Below, piece by piece: positions 1-10,353 of a DNA stretch of 32,000 bases (positions are counted from its first letter, which is position 1; the number at the start of each line of letters is the position of its first letter). The notes under the pieces are model-generated. The model worked only from the letters and a program-made list of their open reading frames with translations, did no database searches and was not told where the DNA came from. Source of the DNA: Pasteurella multocida (GTDB taxonomy: Bacteria; Pseudomonadota; Gammaproteobacteria; Enterobacterales; Pasteurellaceae); contig NZ_LT906458.1 of NCBI RefSeq assembly GCF_900187275.1, positions 510,001 through 542,000 on the forward strand, read 5' to 3'. The position numbers and the translations under genes are program-made.

Positions 1-168
1 AACCCGATTTTATCACGTGAATTGATTTATACAGGCGTGACACGTGCGAAACAGCAATTAACCGTTTTTTCAAGTGCCGAAATTTGGAAAAGTGCGGTGA
101 AAAATCCAGTAAAAAGACAAAGTGGCTTGAACCAATTGTTAGTTGAATTATTTAACAAATCTGATTAG
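1..168 (+). CDS. recD: C-terminal end of exodeoxyribonuclease V alpha subunit (truncated by window start)
   Basis: Frame 1 reads NPILSRELIYTGVTRAKQQLTVFSSAEIWKSAVKNPVKRQSGLNQLLVELFNKSD* with the superfamily 1 helicase motif VI (YTGVTRAK). Not in the supplied ORF track; translated by eye. Confidence 0.8.
   Translation, partial: NPILSRELIYTGVTRAKQQLTVFSSAEIWKSAVKNPVKRQSGLNQLLVELFNKSD
90..98 (+). repeat. Pasteurellaceae DNA uptake signal AAGTGCGGT
   Basis: Exact 9-mer, in the recD 3' end. Confidence 0.9.
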
Positions 169-204
169 AGTAAACTATTTCATGTAAATTAAAAGGAGTA
201 AAAA

Positions 205-852
205 ATGGAACTCTATGTTTATGATCATTGCCCTTATTGTGTCCGTGCGATGATGATTTTTGGCTTAAAGAACATACCCTTCAAAAAACATGTTCTGTTA
301 AATGATGATGAAGAAACCCCAATTCGTTTAGTGGGAAAAAAAATGGTGCCTATTTTAGTGAAAGAAGACGGTACTGCCATGCCAGAAAGCTTAGATATTG
401 TGAAATACATTGACGCACATTACGGGGAAGCGATTTTACAGACAGCGGTTCGTCCAGAAATTGAGGCATTGTTAGCGGAAATCACGAGTTATTCTAATTA
501 TTTATTGATGCCACGTTTCGTAAAACTGGACTTGGCGGAATTTGCTACGCAAAGTGCGATTGATTATTTCACCAAAAAGAAAACCGACTATGTGGGTGAT
601 TTTACGCAACATTTCAATAATACGCCGACTTATCTTGCACGTTTAACACAAGATCTTGAAAAATTATCTGCGCTCGTAATGGGGGAAACTTCATTAAATC
701 AGCATTTGTCATTCGAAGATATTTTAGTTTTTCCGTTGCTGAGAAACTTAACTTGTGTCAAAGGACTTCGCTTTCCTGCGCGCCTAGAAAAGTATATCAA
801 ACGTTTGTCCGAATTGAGTAAAGTTGAACTCTACACTTCACAGGCAATTTAA
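205..852 (+). CDS. grxB: Glutaredoxin 2
   Basis: 215 aa, N-terminal MELYVYDHCPYCVRAMMIFG with CPYC active site, GrxB-like GST fold signature (KMVPILVKEDG, PESLDIVKYID). Confidence 0.92.
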   Translation: MELYVYDHCPYCVRAMMIFGLKNIPFKKHVLLNDDEETPIRLVGKKMVPILVKEDGTAMPESLDIVKYIDAHYGEAILQTAVRPEIEALLAEITSYSNYLLMPRFVKLDLAEFATQSAIDYFTKKKTDYVGDFTQHFNNTPTYLARLTQDLEKLSALVMGETSLNQHLSFEDILVFPLLRNLTCVKGLRFPARLEKYIKRLSELSKVELYTSQAI

Positions 853-942
853 TTGGTTAAAAAGGTTGCAATTTTCGCCAAAAATTTTATTCTTGTTGAT
901 GAGAATTTCGTCTCATGGGAACTTTATAAGAAGGAGAACAAT

Positions 943-1287
943 ATGGCATTAGGTTGGTATGAACTGAAATTGGCAAAAGATGGTCAATTTATGTTTAATT
1001 TAAAAGCTGCAAATAGCCAAGTGATTTTAACTAGCGAACTTTATCGTTCACGCTCTGCCGCTGAAAATGGCATTGCATCGGTCCAAAAAAATGGTCTTGA
1101 TGAAAAAAATTTTGAAGTCCGTGTTGCAAAAAACGATAAGCCTTATTTCGTTTTAAAAGCAAAAAATCATCAAGAAATTGGTCGTAGTCAATATTATTCC
1201 TCGTCCGTCTCTGCTAAAAAAGGGATTGTGTCAGTGACCAAAAATGCCGCTTCAACAGTCATTAAAGATTTGACAAGCGAAGCATAA
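943..1287 (+). CDS. DUF1508 (YegP-like) tandem-domain protein
   Basis: Start MALGWYELKLAKDGQFMFNLKAAN preceded by AAGGAG. Two repeated units (GWYELKLAKDGQFMFNLKAANSQVILTSELY... and FEVRVAKNDKPYFVLKAKNHQEIGRSQYY...). The longer ORF from 853 would need a TTG start and has no family support upstream of 943. Confidence 0.85.
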   Translation: MALGWYELKLAKDGQFMFNLKAANSQVILTSELYRSRSAAENGIASVQKNGLDEKNFEVRVAKNDKPYFVLKAKNHQEIGRSQYYSSSVSAKKGIVSVTKNAASTVIKDLTSEA

Positions 1288-1295
1288 GCCAATCA

Positions 1296-1338
1296 AACCG
1301 TTTGTGGTGAATCCGTAAGTCGCAGACGGTTTTCTTTT
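1296..1338 (+). terminator. Probable rho-independent terminator after the DUF1508 gene
   Basis: AACCGTTTGTG (1296-1306) pairs with CGCAGACGGTT (1321-1331) with G-U pairs, followed by TTCTTTTTT. Confidence 0.7.
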
Positions 1339-1405
1339 TTCCTTTCTCTTGCTTTTTCTGTGGCAAAATTTAACAAAAAGTAGTCGCTTTTCCTTTTTTT
1401 CTCGA

Positions 1406-1411
1406 GTATAA
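1406..1411 (+). promoter_or_regulatory. Candidate -10 element (TATAAT) for rplM-rpsI
   Basis: Exact TATAAT about 155 nt upstream of rplM; -35 not recognisable. Confidence 0.45.
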
Positions 1412-1564
1412 TCTTGCGACCCTGTGAATGTACTGGATTTCCCACCAGACATTATTTTATCGAGATCACACTCGAAGGGGTGCTTGATTAAGATTCATGG
1501 TTGTGTTTATGGGTGAATAAACAACATAAACACTGGGTATTAATATTATTTTATTGGTAATTAA

Positions 1565-1996
<432 letters not shown>

Positions 1997-2012
1997 TCAC
2001 GAGGTTTAGGAT

Positions 2013-2405
2013 ATGGCAGAGAATCAAAACTACGGCACAGGTCGCCGCAAAAGCTCTTCAGCTCGTGTATTTATTAAACCGGGCAGTGGTAAAATCACTA
2101 TCAACCAACGTGATTTAGACGTGTATTTCGGTCGTGAAACAGCACGTATGATCGTTCGTCAACCGTTAGAGTTGGTTGAAATGACTGAAAAATTAGACCT
2201 ATACGTTACTGTTAAAGGTGGCGGTATTTCTGGTCAAGCGGGTGCAATCCGTCACGGTATCACTCGTGCATTAATCGAATATGATGAGAGTTTACGCTCT
2301 GTATTACGCGCAGCTGGTTTCGTTACTCGCGATGCACGTCAAGTTGAACGTAAAAAAGTGGGTTTACGCAAAGCGCGTCGTCGTCCACAATTCTCAAAAC
2401 GTTAA
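2013..2405 (+). CDS. rpsI: 30S ribosomal protein S9
   Basis: 130 aa ending [17 protein letters not shown], canonical S9 C-terminus; follows rplM by 16 nt. Confidence 0.98.
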   Translation: MAENQNYGTGRRKSSSARVFIKPGSGKITINQRDLDVYFGRETARMIVRQPLELVEMTEKLDLYVTVKGGGISGQAGAIRHGITRALIEYDESLRSVLRAAGFVTRDARQVERKKVGLRKARRRPQFSKR

Positions 2406-2430
2406 TTTTTCTTTTACGTTTTATATTCAG

Positions 2431-2463
2431 ATTGCAAGCCCAAAAGGCTTGCAATTTTTTTAT
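2431..2463 (+). terminator. Rho-independent terminator of rplM-rpsI
   Basis: ATTGCAAGCC-CAAAA-GGCTTGCAAT followed by a T tract. Confidence 0.9.
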
Positions 2464-2603
2464 CTCAATAAAATTTACGATAATCTTTGGAAATCAGTGG
2501 GCGATTTGTGGTAGAATAAACGCCCATTTTTTATATAAAATCATGCCAGAATCAGGCAAAGTTTAATAAATTTTAATTCATTTTAGAGCTGTCGGAGGAA
2601 TAG

Positions 2604-3242
2604 ATGACAAGCGCTGCAAATAAACGTTCAATAATGACACTTTTTTCAGATAAAACAGATATTTATTGCCACCAAGTAAGGATTGTTTTGGCTGAAAAGG
2701 GTGTTGCTTATGAAACGGAAGTTGTAGATCCTCAAGTCGTATCAGAAGATTTAATGGAATTAAATCCGTATGGCACGTTGCCGACATTAGTTGATCGTGA
2801 TTTAGTGTTATTTAATTCACGTATTATTATGGAATATCTTGATGAGCGTTTCCCTCATCCACCTTTGATGCCTGTTTATCCAGTGGCACGTGGGAAAAGC
2901 CGTTTATTAATGTTACGTATTGAGCAAGATTGGTACCCAGTATTAGCAAAAGCTGAAAAAGGCACGGACGCAGAACGTGCTGTCGCATTAAAACAATTAA
3001 GAGAAGAGATTTTAGCGATTGCGCCTATTTTCACGCAGATGCCTTATTTTATGAGCGAAGAGTTTAGTTTAGTAGATTGTTATATCGCCCCATTATTATG
3101 GCGTATGCAAGAACTGGGTGTGGATTTCAGTGGGGCGGGTAGCAAAGCAATTAAAGCTTACATGGCACGTGTTTTTGAACGCGATTCATTTATGCAATCT
3201 TTAGGCGTGTCGGCTCCGAAAAACTTAATGGATGAGAAATAA
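2604..3242 (+). CDS. sspA: Stringent starvation protein A (GST-like)
   Basis: 212 aa, MTLFSDKTDIYCHQVRIVLAEKGVAYE, SspA GST fold signatures (LNPYGTLPTLVDRDLVLFNSRIIMEYLDERFPHPPLMPV). Confidence 0.93.
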   Translation: MTSAANKRSIMTLFSDKTDIYCHQVRIVLAEKGVAYETEVVDPQVVSEDLMELNPYGTLPTLVDRDLVLFNSRIIMEYLDERFPHPPLMPVYPVARGKSRLLMLRIEQDWYPVLAKAEKGTDAERAVALKQLREEILAIAPIFTQMPYFMSEEFSLVDCYIAPLLWRMQELGVDFSGAGSKAIKAYMARVFERDSFMQSLGVSAPKNLMDEK

Positions 3243-3247
3243 TCAGT

Positions 3248-3730
3248 ATGCTACATAAATCATCACCAAAGCGTCCTTACTTGTTAAGAGCGTATTATGA
3301 TTGGTTAGTGGATAATGATTTCACCCCTTATTTAGTGGTGGACGCGACTTATGTTGGTGTGAAAGTCCCTGTGGAATATGTCAAAGATGGGCAAATTGTC
3401 CTCAATTTATCTGCGAATGCGACAGGTAATCTGGTACTAAGCAATGAAAGTATTCAGTTTAGCGCGCGTTTTCGTGGTATTTCACAAGATATTTTTATTC
3501 CTATGGGGGCTGCGTTAGCCATTTATGCTCGTGAAAATGGTGATGGTGTACTGTTTGAACCTGAAGCGATTTATGATGAGCTCGCAACACAAAATATTGG
3601 TATTGAGCAGCCACTGAGCTTTGTTGAGGCTGTCGATAAACCAAAAACCAGTGAGAATACTCAAAAAAGCACAAACAAAGACAAAACGACGGAAAAAAAA
3701 GCGACTTCTCATTTAAGAATTATTAAATAA
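3248..3730 (+). CDS. sspB: ClpXP adaptor / stringent starvation protein B
   Basis: 160 aa, SSPKRPYLLRAYYDWLVDNDFTPYLVV...; acidic/polar linker and C-terminal SHLRIIK resembling the ClpX-binding tail. Confidence 0.93.
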   Translation: MLHKSSPKRPYLLRAYYDWLVDNDFTPYLVVDATYVGVKVPVEYVKDGQIVLNLSANATGNLVLSNESIQFSARFRGISQDIFIPMGAALAIYARENGDGVLFEPEAIYDELATQNIGIEQPLSFVEAVDKPKTSENTQKSTNKDKTTEKKATSHLRIIK

Positions 3731-3750
3731 AAGAGGTTTTCTTTCTTCAT

Positions 3751-3781
3751 AAAAAAACACGCTTTTACGCGTGTTTTTTTG
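3751..3781. terminator. Bidirectional rho-independent terminator between sspB and kdsC
   Basis: AAAAAAACACGC-TTTTAC-GCGTGTTTTTTT: stem flanked by an A tract and a T tract, placed between converging genes. Confidence 0.88.
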
Positions 3782-3792
3782 TTGCGGACAGT

Positions 3793-4338
3793 TTATTGTG
3801 CCATTTTTTTTGCGGCTTTTAAGAAGCCTTGCGCACTCGTGTAGATGTCACTTTTATTCTGTGCCGCTAAAATCATATCCGACATTTCACGAAAGGCCCC
3901 TTGTCCACCTTTCAGGCTTAGTACGTGATCAGCGTGCATTTTGATATAAGCCGGCGCATCTTGTACTGCAAAGGCAACACCACAGACGGCAAAAGCAGGC
4001 AGATCAACGCTGTCATCACCAATATAAGCCGTTTCTTGCGCACAGACATTGGCTTGTTGTATCAATTCAAGACAGGCGCTTTCTTTTTCCAATTTGCCGA
4101 GGAAAAAGTGTTGGATGCCTAGATCTGCAATACGTTTGCGTAGAATCGGGGAATCTCGCCCCGAGAGTACCGCGACTTGAATGCCAGATTCCATTAACAT
4201 TCTGATCCCCAAGCCATCACGAACATGAAAGGTTTTGAAAGCTTCACCATGGGCATCGTAATGCAAAGAGCCGTCGGTCAGTACACCGTCGATATCTGTA
4301 ATCACAAATTTAATTTTTTTGAGTTTTTCCGTTAACAT
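3793..4338 (-). CDS. kdsC: 3-deoxy-D-manno-octulosonate-8-phosphate phosphatase
   Basis: 181 aa, FVITDIDGVLTDGSLHYDAHGE...HVRDGLGIRMLMESGIQVAVLSGRDS, HAD-family KdsC. Confidence 0.93.
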   Translation of the reverse strand: MLTEKLKKIKFVITDIDGVLTDGSLHYDAHGEAFKTFHVRDGLGIRMLMESGIQVAVLSGRDSPILRKRIADLGIQHFFLGKLEKESACLELIQQANVCAQETAYIGDDSVDLPAFAVCGVAFAVQDAPAYIKMHADHVLSLKGGQGAFREMSDMILAAQNKSDIYTSAQGFLKAAKKMAQ

Positions 4339-5273
4339 TAGCTTGTAAACTCCACTAGGCCAACCACATTTTGTTGATCATTAATCACCACTAAAGAGTG
4401 GATTTTCTTCTCTTTCATAAAGGCTTCGGCTTCAGCTAAATAGGCATCTTGATGAATGGTTTTAGGGTTCGATGTCATTAAATCTTGTGCTGTTTTACGT
4501 AAGGTTTCTGCACTATTAGCCGTAAGCGCGCGACGAATATCCCCATCAGTGATGATCCCTTTTAATTGATTTTGTTCCATTACTAAAGCAACCCCCATTC
4601 GTCCTTCATTCATAATACTCAGACAGTCTGTAAAAGAGGTCTCTAAGCGTGTGACAGGCAGACGTGTCTGCATTTCATCTTTGACGCGACATAATAGACG
4701 CCGTCCAAGACTACCGCCTGGATGGAAGCGTGCGAAGTCAGCTGGTTTAAAATCACGCGCTTTAATTAAGGCAACCGCTAAGGCATCGCCTAATGCCATT
4801 GTGACCAGCACAGAGGTCGTAGGGGCAAGATTATTAGGGCAGACTTCACGTTCAACACTGATATCTAGGACATAATCAGAGTGTTTGGCGAGGGTTGAAT
4901 TTGGGTTTCCCGTGAGGGCGATGATTTTATTGCCAAAATTTTTGAGACTAGGAATGAGTTTATTGACATCATCTGTTTCACCGCTATAAGAAATCAACAT
5001 GACAATATCAATTGGTTTGAGCATACCTAAGTCACCGTGGAAGGCTTCTGTCGGGTGTAGGAAAAAACTGGGTGTTCCAGTAGAAGCAAAAGTAGCGACC
5101 ATTTTTTTCCCCACTAACCCCGATTTCCCGATCCCGCCGATCACTAAGCGTCCTTGACACTGTAAAATTAACTCAACGATTTCGTTAAAGTGGGTATCAA
5201 GCCGCCGACCTAAACGTGCCAGTGCTTGTTCTTCGACCGCTAATGTTTCACGTGCGATTTGCAAATAATTCAT
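4338..5273 (-). CDS. kdsD: D-arabinose-5-phosphate isomerase (KpsF/GutQ family, SIS + two CBS domains)
   Basis: GKSGLVGKKMVATFASTGTPSFFLHPTEAFHGDLGM and C-terminal CBS repeats. ATG at 5273 has an AAGGA ribosome-binding site; the ORF-track start at 5378 is over-extended. Stop/start TAATG overlaps kdsC. Confidence 0.9.
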   Translation of the reverse strand: MNYLQIARETLAVEEQALARLGRRLDTHFNEIVELILQCQGRLVIGGIGKSGLVGKKMVATFASTGTPSFFLHPTEAFHGDLGMLKPIDIVMLISYSGETDDVNKLIPSLKNFGNKIIALTGNPNSTLAKHSDYVLDISVEREVCPNNLAPTTSVLVTMALGDALAVALIKARDFKPADFARFHPGGSLGRRLLCRVKDEMQTRLPVTRLETSFTDCLSIMNEGRMGVALVMEQNQLKGIITDGDIRRALTANSAETLRKTAQDLMTSNPKTIHQDAYLAEAEAFMKEKKIHSLVVINDQQNVVGLVEFTS

Positions 5274-5389
5274 TTCTGAGTCCTTTATCGACATAAAAAC
5301 TGGGGGAATTATAACATAAGATTTTCGTTTGATTTTGAGTTTTCCATTTATTTGGAGTAAGAGAATGTTTTGTATCAAGAAAAGCTCAA

Positions 5390-5398
5390 AAGTGCGGT
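5390..5398 (+). repeat. Pasteurellaceae DNA uptake signal AAGTGCGGT
   Basis: Exact 9-mer, intergenic between kdsD and rnpB. Confidence 0.92.
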
Positions 5399-5449
5399 AG
5401 ATTTTTGTGGCGTTTCAAATAAGTTCTGTCTTTTGGGGGAGAATTACGT

Positions 5450-5455
5450 TATACT
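5450..5455 (+). promoter_or_regulatory. Candidate -10 element (TATACT) for rnpB
   Basis: TATACT ends 7 nt before the inferred rnpB 5' end; -35 poorly matched. Confidence 0.5.
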
Positions 5456-5461
5456 GCGCGC

Positions 5462-5835
<374 letters not shown>

Positions 5836-5840
<5 letters not shown>

Positions 5841-6570
5841 ACTTTTCTACACTGGTTTTAACTGCACGAATTGTAGCAAAATCCGTTCGCCAGATTTTTT
5901 GGTCATCTTCGCTATTTTCCCCCATTACAGCGTTCGCGTGATATGGCATTTCACTTAAACGATAACCTTTTCCAGATAAATGCAATTCGGTAATTCCCGT
6001 ATTTTTCACTAATAAGGCGGCATTTTGTGCATTGATGCCGGCACCAGCCATAATACGAATACGGTTTGATGCCTGACTGACAAGCTGTTTGATTAACGGT
6101 TGTCCTTCTACTGCGCTGGCTTTTTGTCCAGAAGTCAATACGCGTTCGCAACCTAACTGAATTAATTGTTCTAAGCTCGTGACGGGATCGCGACAGAGAT
6201 CAAAGGCACGATGAAAAGTGACGCCCAATCCTTCTGCTGCCTGTATTAATGTTTCGCAAACCGAAAGGTCAATGTCTGCATGTTTGGTCAATGCACCGAT
6301 CACAATGCCTTGAGCGCCGAGCTCTTTAGCAAGGCGAATATCCTCGAGCATCATGTTGACTTCTTGCGTGCTGAACAAAAAATCTCCTGCTCTTGGTCGG
6401 ATCATGACATAACAAGGAATGTTAGCAAAATCGACCGCACTTTTTATCAACGAATAGGAGGGCGTAACGCCGCCAACGGAGAGGCAAGCACAAAGTTCTA
6501 AACGATCGGCGCCAGCATTTTGTGCAATGTGTACCGATTCAATATTATCAATACAGACTTCGATTTTCAT
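5836..6570 (-). CDS. cutC: Copper homeostasis protein CutC family
   Basis: 244 aa, MKIEVCIDNIESVHIAQNAGADRLELCACLSVGGVTPSYSLI, CutC TIM-barrel signature. Confidence 0.93.
6434..6442 (-). repeat. Pasteurellaceae DNA uptake signal (ACCGCACTT on plus strand)
   Basis: Exact 9-mer inside cutC. Confidence 0.9.
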
Positions 6571-6598
6571 GAGAAGTTATCCAAGATTCTGGTTAATA

Positions 6599-6623
6599 AA
6601 AAAGAGGCAAGTTGCCTCTTTCT
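6599..6623 (-). terminator. Rho-independent terminator downstream of the outer-membrane factor gene
   Basis: Minus strand AAGAGGCAACTTGCCTCTTTTTTATT. Confidence 0.8.
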
Positions 6624-6625
6624 TG

Positions 6626-7993
6626 TTATTTTGCTGAGTAATACCCTGCCATGGCGCTATAAATAGTATTTTCTTGCTGAATAAGTTGATATTTTGCATT
6701 TAAAATCGCCAATTTCGCATCGTTCTCCGTATTGGCGGCACTTAACCAATCACGTAACGGTGATACGCCTGCATCATAGCGATTTTTGTAATACTGTGTA
6801 ATGCGTTTGTTATAGGCATCTGCTTTTTGTAGATTCGCTAAATTCGCTTGTGATTGTTGATAGCTGAAATAATGGGTATCAATTTCATTTAATGCCGTGG
6901 TGATCGTTTGTTCATAGCTCACTTTGGCGAGTTCATAATTTGCTTCTGAAATTTTGACATTCCATTTTACCGTATTCCAACTGAGGAAAGGCAGATTAAT
7001 ACTGACGAGTCCACTAGCCATAGGGGTATCTAACGCGGTATCAACTTTCGCTCCTGCAGAGGCTAGGCTTGCGCCCAGTGTAATGGTTGGGAACCAACTC
7101 TTTTGAACAGCTTTAGCATCTTTGAAGGCGCTGCTTAAACGGTATTGTGCGCTTTTAATATCTGGTCGGTTCGCAATTATTGAGACAGGCACATTAGTAT
7201 TCACTCCAAGCGTTTTCACATTTAAAATGCTTGGGAATTTGATATTTAATGCTTCATTTGGTTTTAAATTTAATAAATTACGTAAAGTTTGCTCTGCCAC
7301 TTTTCGCTGCGTTTGGTAGGTGATCAGCTGGTTACGCGCTCTTAATACGGCTTGCTGTGCTTGATCAGAACTCGCACTGTCTGCTACACCGAGTTTAAAA
7401 CGATTTTGCATGATAGTATTAATCTGCGTGTAATATTTAATTGTTCCTTCTGTCGCTTGTACCGCATCATTTAAGAAAGCAATTTGGTAATAGGTTGCGA
7501 TGAGAGAATTGATGAGTGATAAACGGGCGGCTTCAAGATCTTGGGCGCTCGCTTTGTATGCCCACTCACCAGCCGAAGCCGCATCGGCTAAGCGTCGCCA
7601 TAAATCCAATGTATAGCTGACATTGATTGAACCACTATGCTGAATCTTGGAAGGTTGACTGTGTTCTATGTTACGTGTTGCACTGGATTCGACTCTGCCA
7701 CTAAAGGCTGGAACTAAATTTGCACCTAATAAATTGGCTTGATAAAGTGCTTTATTCACATTGATGGCGGCTTTAGCCAAATTTTTATTGTTGTCTAATC
7801 CTTGCGTAATCAATGCATTGAGCTGTGTATCATGATATAGCGCCCACCAACTTTCTTGCACAGAATATTGTTTTGTCACCTCTTCATACTGTTGAAAGTC
7901 TTGTTTGGCGAGTTGATAAGAATCATCCAGATTAGCACAACCAACCAAAGCGGTTGATAAGAGTAAAAAAGTGAGTGGGTTTCGTTTTAACAT
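6626..7993 (-). CDS. TolC/OprM-type outer-membrane efflux lipoprotein (RND outer-membrane factor)
   Basis: 455 aa, signal/lipobox LLLSTALVGCANLDD, OMF repeats (AAINVNKALYQANLLGANLVPAFSG; VSIIANRPDIKSAQYRLSSAFKDAKAVQKSWFPTITLG; NARYQLIQQENTIYSAMAGYY). Confidence 0.9.
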   Translation of the reverse strand: MLKRNPLTFLLLSTALVGCANLDDSYQLAKQDFQQYEEVTKQYSVQESWWALYHDTQLNALITQGLDNNKNLAKAAINVNKALYQANLLGANLVPAFSGRVESSATRNIEHSQPSKIQHSGSINVSYTLDLWRRLADAASAGEWAYKASAQDLEAARLSLINSLIATYYQIAFLNDAVQATEGTIKYYTQINTIMQNRFKLGVADSASSDQAQQAVLRARNQLITYQTQRKVAEQTLRNLLNLKPNEALNIKFPSILNVKTLGVNTNVPVSIIANRPDIKSAQYRLSSAFKDAKAVQKSWFPTITLGASLASAGAKVDTALDTPMASGLVSINLPFLSWNTVKWNVKISEANYELAKVSYEQTITTALNEIDTHYFSYQQSQANLANLQKADAYNKRITQYYKNRYDAGVSPLRDWLSAANTENDAKLAILNAKYQLIQQENTIYSAMAGYYSAK

Positions 7994-8322
7994 GATTACA
8001 ATCCTTAGTTAAAAAATGCGAGTTGCCTTTACCATTTGCGAGAATGGATTATAGCAACTTTTCTCTTTACGTGCTAAAACCTTCATTGCAATTCTTGGTT
8101 TGCTCTCGTGTGAAAGAAAGTATGGCAATAATAGGAATTGCACAAAAATATGTTTATTAGCACAAGAGAACAATTGTTTTATGGGAGGGAAAGCGGCGGT
8201 TATTTCCTCCATGATATTTTGTTCACTGACTAAGTTTGGCGCTGTTTTTTATTTTTCCCTTCATTTATTCATGCGAGAAGTGGAAAGAAGCGCACGACAA
8301 ATTTTTAAATCGCTATTGAGTG

Positions 8323-8340
8323 AATGAACGTTCGTTCATT
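8323..8340. promoter_or_regulatory. Candidate regulator-binding palindrome AATGAACG-TT-CGTTCATT
   Basis: Perfect 8-bp arms with a 2-bp spacer in the divergent region between the outer-membrane factor gene and glnS. Confidence 0.4.
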
Positions 8341-8470
8341 TTATCATTAAAATGAAAAATAGGAAGACGAAAGCCACAAGAAAATGCGGCGTATTTTTGT
8401 ATTCTGGTGGCAAACAGGGTAGAATAGTGAGTATTTTTATAACAAAACCATTATGGAATTCGAGGTCAGA

Positions 8471-10150
8471 ATGAGTCATCCAGTTGAAAATGTTGTCGCA
8501 GCTGAAAATACAGAAAAACGTCCCACCAATTTTATTCGTCAAATCATTGATGAAGATTTAGCATCCGGCAAACATACCGGTGTCCAAACACGTTTTCCAC
8601 CTGAACCCAATGGCTATTTGCATATTGGTCATGCCAAATCAATTTGCTTAAATTTTGGTATCGCTGAAGATTATCAAGGGTTGTGTAATTTACGTTTCGA
8701 TGATACGAATCCCGTCAAAGAAGATGTGGAATATGTGGATTCGATTAAACAAGATGTAGAATGGTTAGGTTTCAAGTGGGAAGGAGAGCCTCGTTATGCC
8801 TCCGACTATTTTGATCAACTCTATGGCTATGCGATTGAGTTAATCGAAAAAGGGTTAGCTTATGTGGATGAACTTTCGCCAGAAGAAATGCGTGAATACC
8901 GTGGTACGTTAACGGAACCGGGTAAAAATAGCCCTTATCGTGATCGTTCTATTGAAGAAAACCTCGCGTTATTTGAGAAAATGAAGAACGGAGAAATTGC
9001 AGAAGGCAAAGCCTGTTTACGTGCGAAAATTGATATGGCGTCTCCGTTTATTGTCATGCGCGATCCAGTAATTTATCGGATTAAATTTGCGACCCATCAC
9101 CAAACAGGTGATAAATGGTGCATTTACCCAATGTATGATTTTACTCATTGTATCTCTGATGCTATTGAGCGCATTACTCATTCGCTTTGTACATTGGAAT
9201 TCCAAGACAATCGCCGTTTGTATGACTGGGTATTAGAAAATATTTCGATTGCGCGTCCATTGCCGCACCAGTATGAATTTTCGCGTTTAAATTTAGAATC
9301 GACCCTCACTTCTAAACGTAAATTATTACAACTGGTGAATGAAGGTATTGTCGATGGCTGGAATGACCCACGTATGCCAACGATTTCGGGCTTACGTCGT
9401 CGTGGTTATACGCCAGCTTCATTGCGTGAGTTTTGTCGTCGTATTGGCGTCACTAAACAAGATAATATGGTGGAATTCAGTGCACTAGAAGCTTGCATTC
9501 GTGAAGACTTAAATGAGAATGCGCCACGAGCAATGGCAGTGATTAATCCACTTAAAATTGTGATTGAGAATTTCAGTGGCAAAGAAATGCTGACTGCACC
9601 AAACCACCCTAATCGTGATGAACTAGGTGTACGCGAATTACCCTTTACGCGTGAACTATATATTGATGAAGCGGATTTCCGTGAAGAAGCAAATAAACAA
9701 TATAAACGCTTAGTGCTTGGTAAAGAAGTGCGTTTACGTAATGCTTATGTGATTAAAGCCGAACGTGTTGAAAAAGATGCAGAGGGGAATATCACAACCG
9801 TTTATTGTACTTATGACCCTGACACGCTAGGGAAGAATCCAGTAGATGGACGTAAAGTGAAAGGCGTGATTCAATGGGTGTCTGCGGAAGATTATTTACC
9901 TGCTGAATTTCGTCAATATGGGCGTTTATTTACGGTGGCAAACCCAGGAGCCGCAGAGGATATTCACCAAGTACTGAACCCAGATTCATTGGTGATTAAA
10001 CAAGGTGTGGTGGAGAAGAGTTTAGCCAATGCACAGCCAGAAAAAGCTTACCAATTTGAGCGTGAAGGTTATTATTGTGCAGACAGCAAAGATAGCAGTC
10101 CAGATCATTTGGTCTTCAATTTAACCGTGAGTTTAAAAGAAGGCTTCTAA
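8471..10150 (+). CDS. glnS: Glutaminyl-tRNA synthetase
   Basis: [63 protein letters not shown] (HIGH motif); start chosen by family N-terminus. Confidence 0.97.
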   Translation: MSHPVENVVAAENTEKRPTNFIRQIIDEDLASGKHTGVQTRFPPEPNGYLHIGHAKSICLNFGIAEDYQGLCNLRFDDTNPVKEDVEYVDSIKQDVEWLGFKWEGEPRYASDYFDQLYGYAIELIEKGLAYVDELSPEEMREYRGTLTEPGKNSPYRDRSIEENLALFEKMKNGEIAEGKACLRAKIDMASPFIVMRDPVIYRIKFATHHQTGDKWCIYPMYDFTHCISDAIERITHSLCTLEFQDNRRLYDWVLENISIARPLPHQYEFSRLNLESTLTSKRKLLQLVNEGIVDGWNDPRMPTISGLRRRGYTPASLREFCRRIGVTKQDNMVEFSALEACIREDLNENAPRAMAVINPLKIVIENFSGKEMLTAPNHPNRDELGVRELPFTRELYIDEADFREEANKQYKRLVLGKEVRLRNAYVIKAERVEKDAEGNITTVYCTYDPDTLGKNPVDGRKVKGVIQWVSAEDYLPAEFRQYGRLFTVANPGAAEDIHQVLNPDSLVIKQGVVEKSLANAQPEKAYQFEREGYYCADSKDSSPDHLVFNLTVSLKEGF

Positions 10151-10165
10151 TTTTCTTGCCGTTTG

Positions 10166-10193
10166 AAGAGCGCTTTTTGAAGCGCTCTTTTTT
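10166..10193 (+). terminator. Rho-independent terminator of glnS
   Basis: AAGAGCGCTT-TTTG-AAGCGCTCTT followed by TTTT. Confidence 0.88.
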
Positions 10194-10353
10194 ATGGGCA
10201 ATTTTTTGTTGATTAAAAAAATAGCATTTTGTTAGAAATTATCTAATTAATTTGTCTTTTTTTAATGAAAAGATAATAAAAATCCCCATTTTTCGTAAAA
10301 AAATAATAGAATACGGCTCTTTGTTAATTTTGCTTTTTAACTCAGGAGGAATA

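Noticed and set aside
853-942. Extended N-terminus of the DUF1508 ORF from TTG at 853
   Set aside because: The family N-terminus and AAGGAG ribosome-binding site support the ATG at 943; the preceding residues look like translated intergenic DNA.
10220-10353. Possible glycine riboswitch upstream of the AlsT-type symporter
   Set aside because: Glycine riboswitches can precede such genes in related species, but this AT-rich leader shows no recognisable conserved core.
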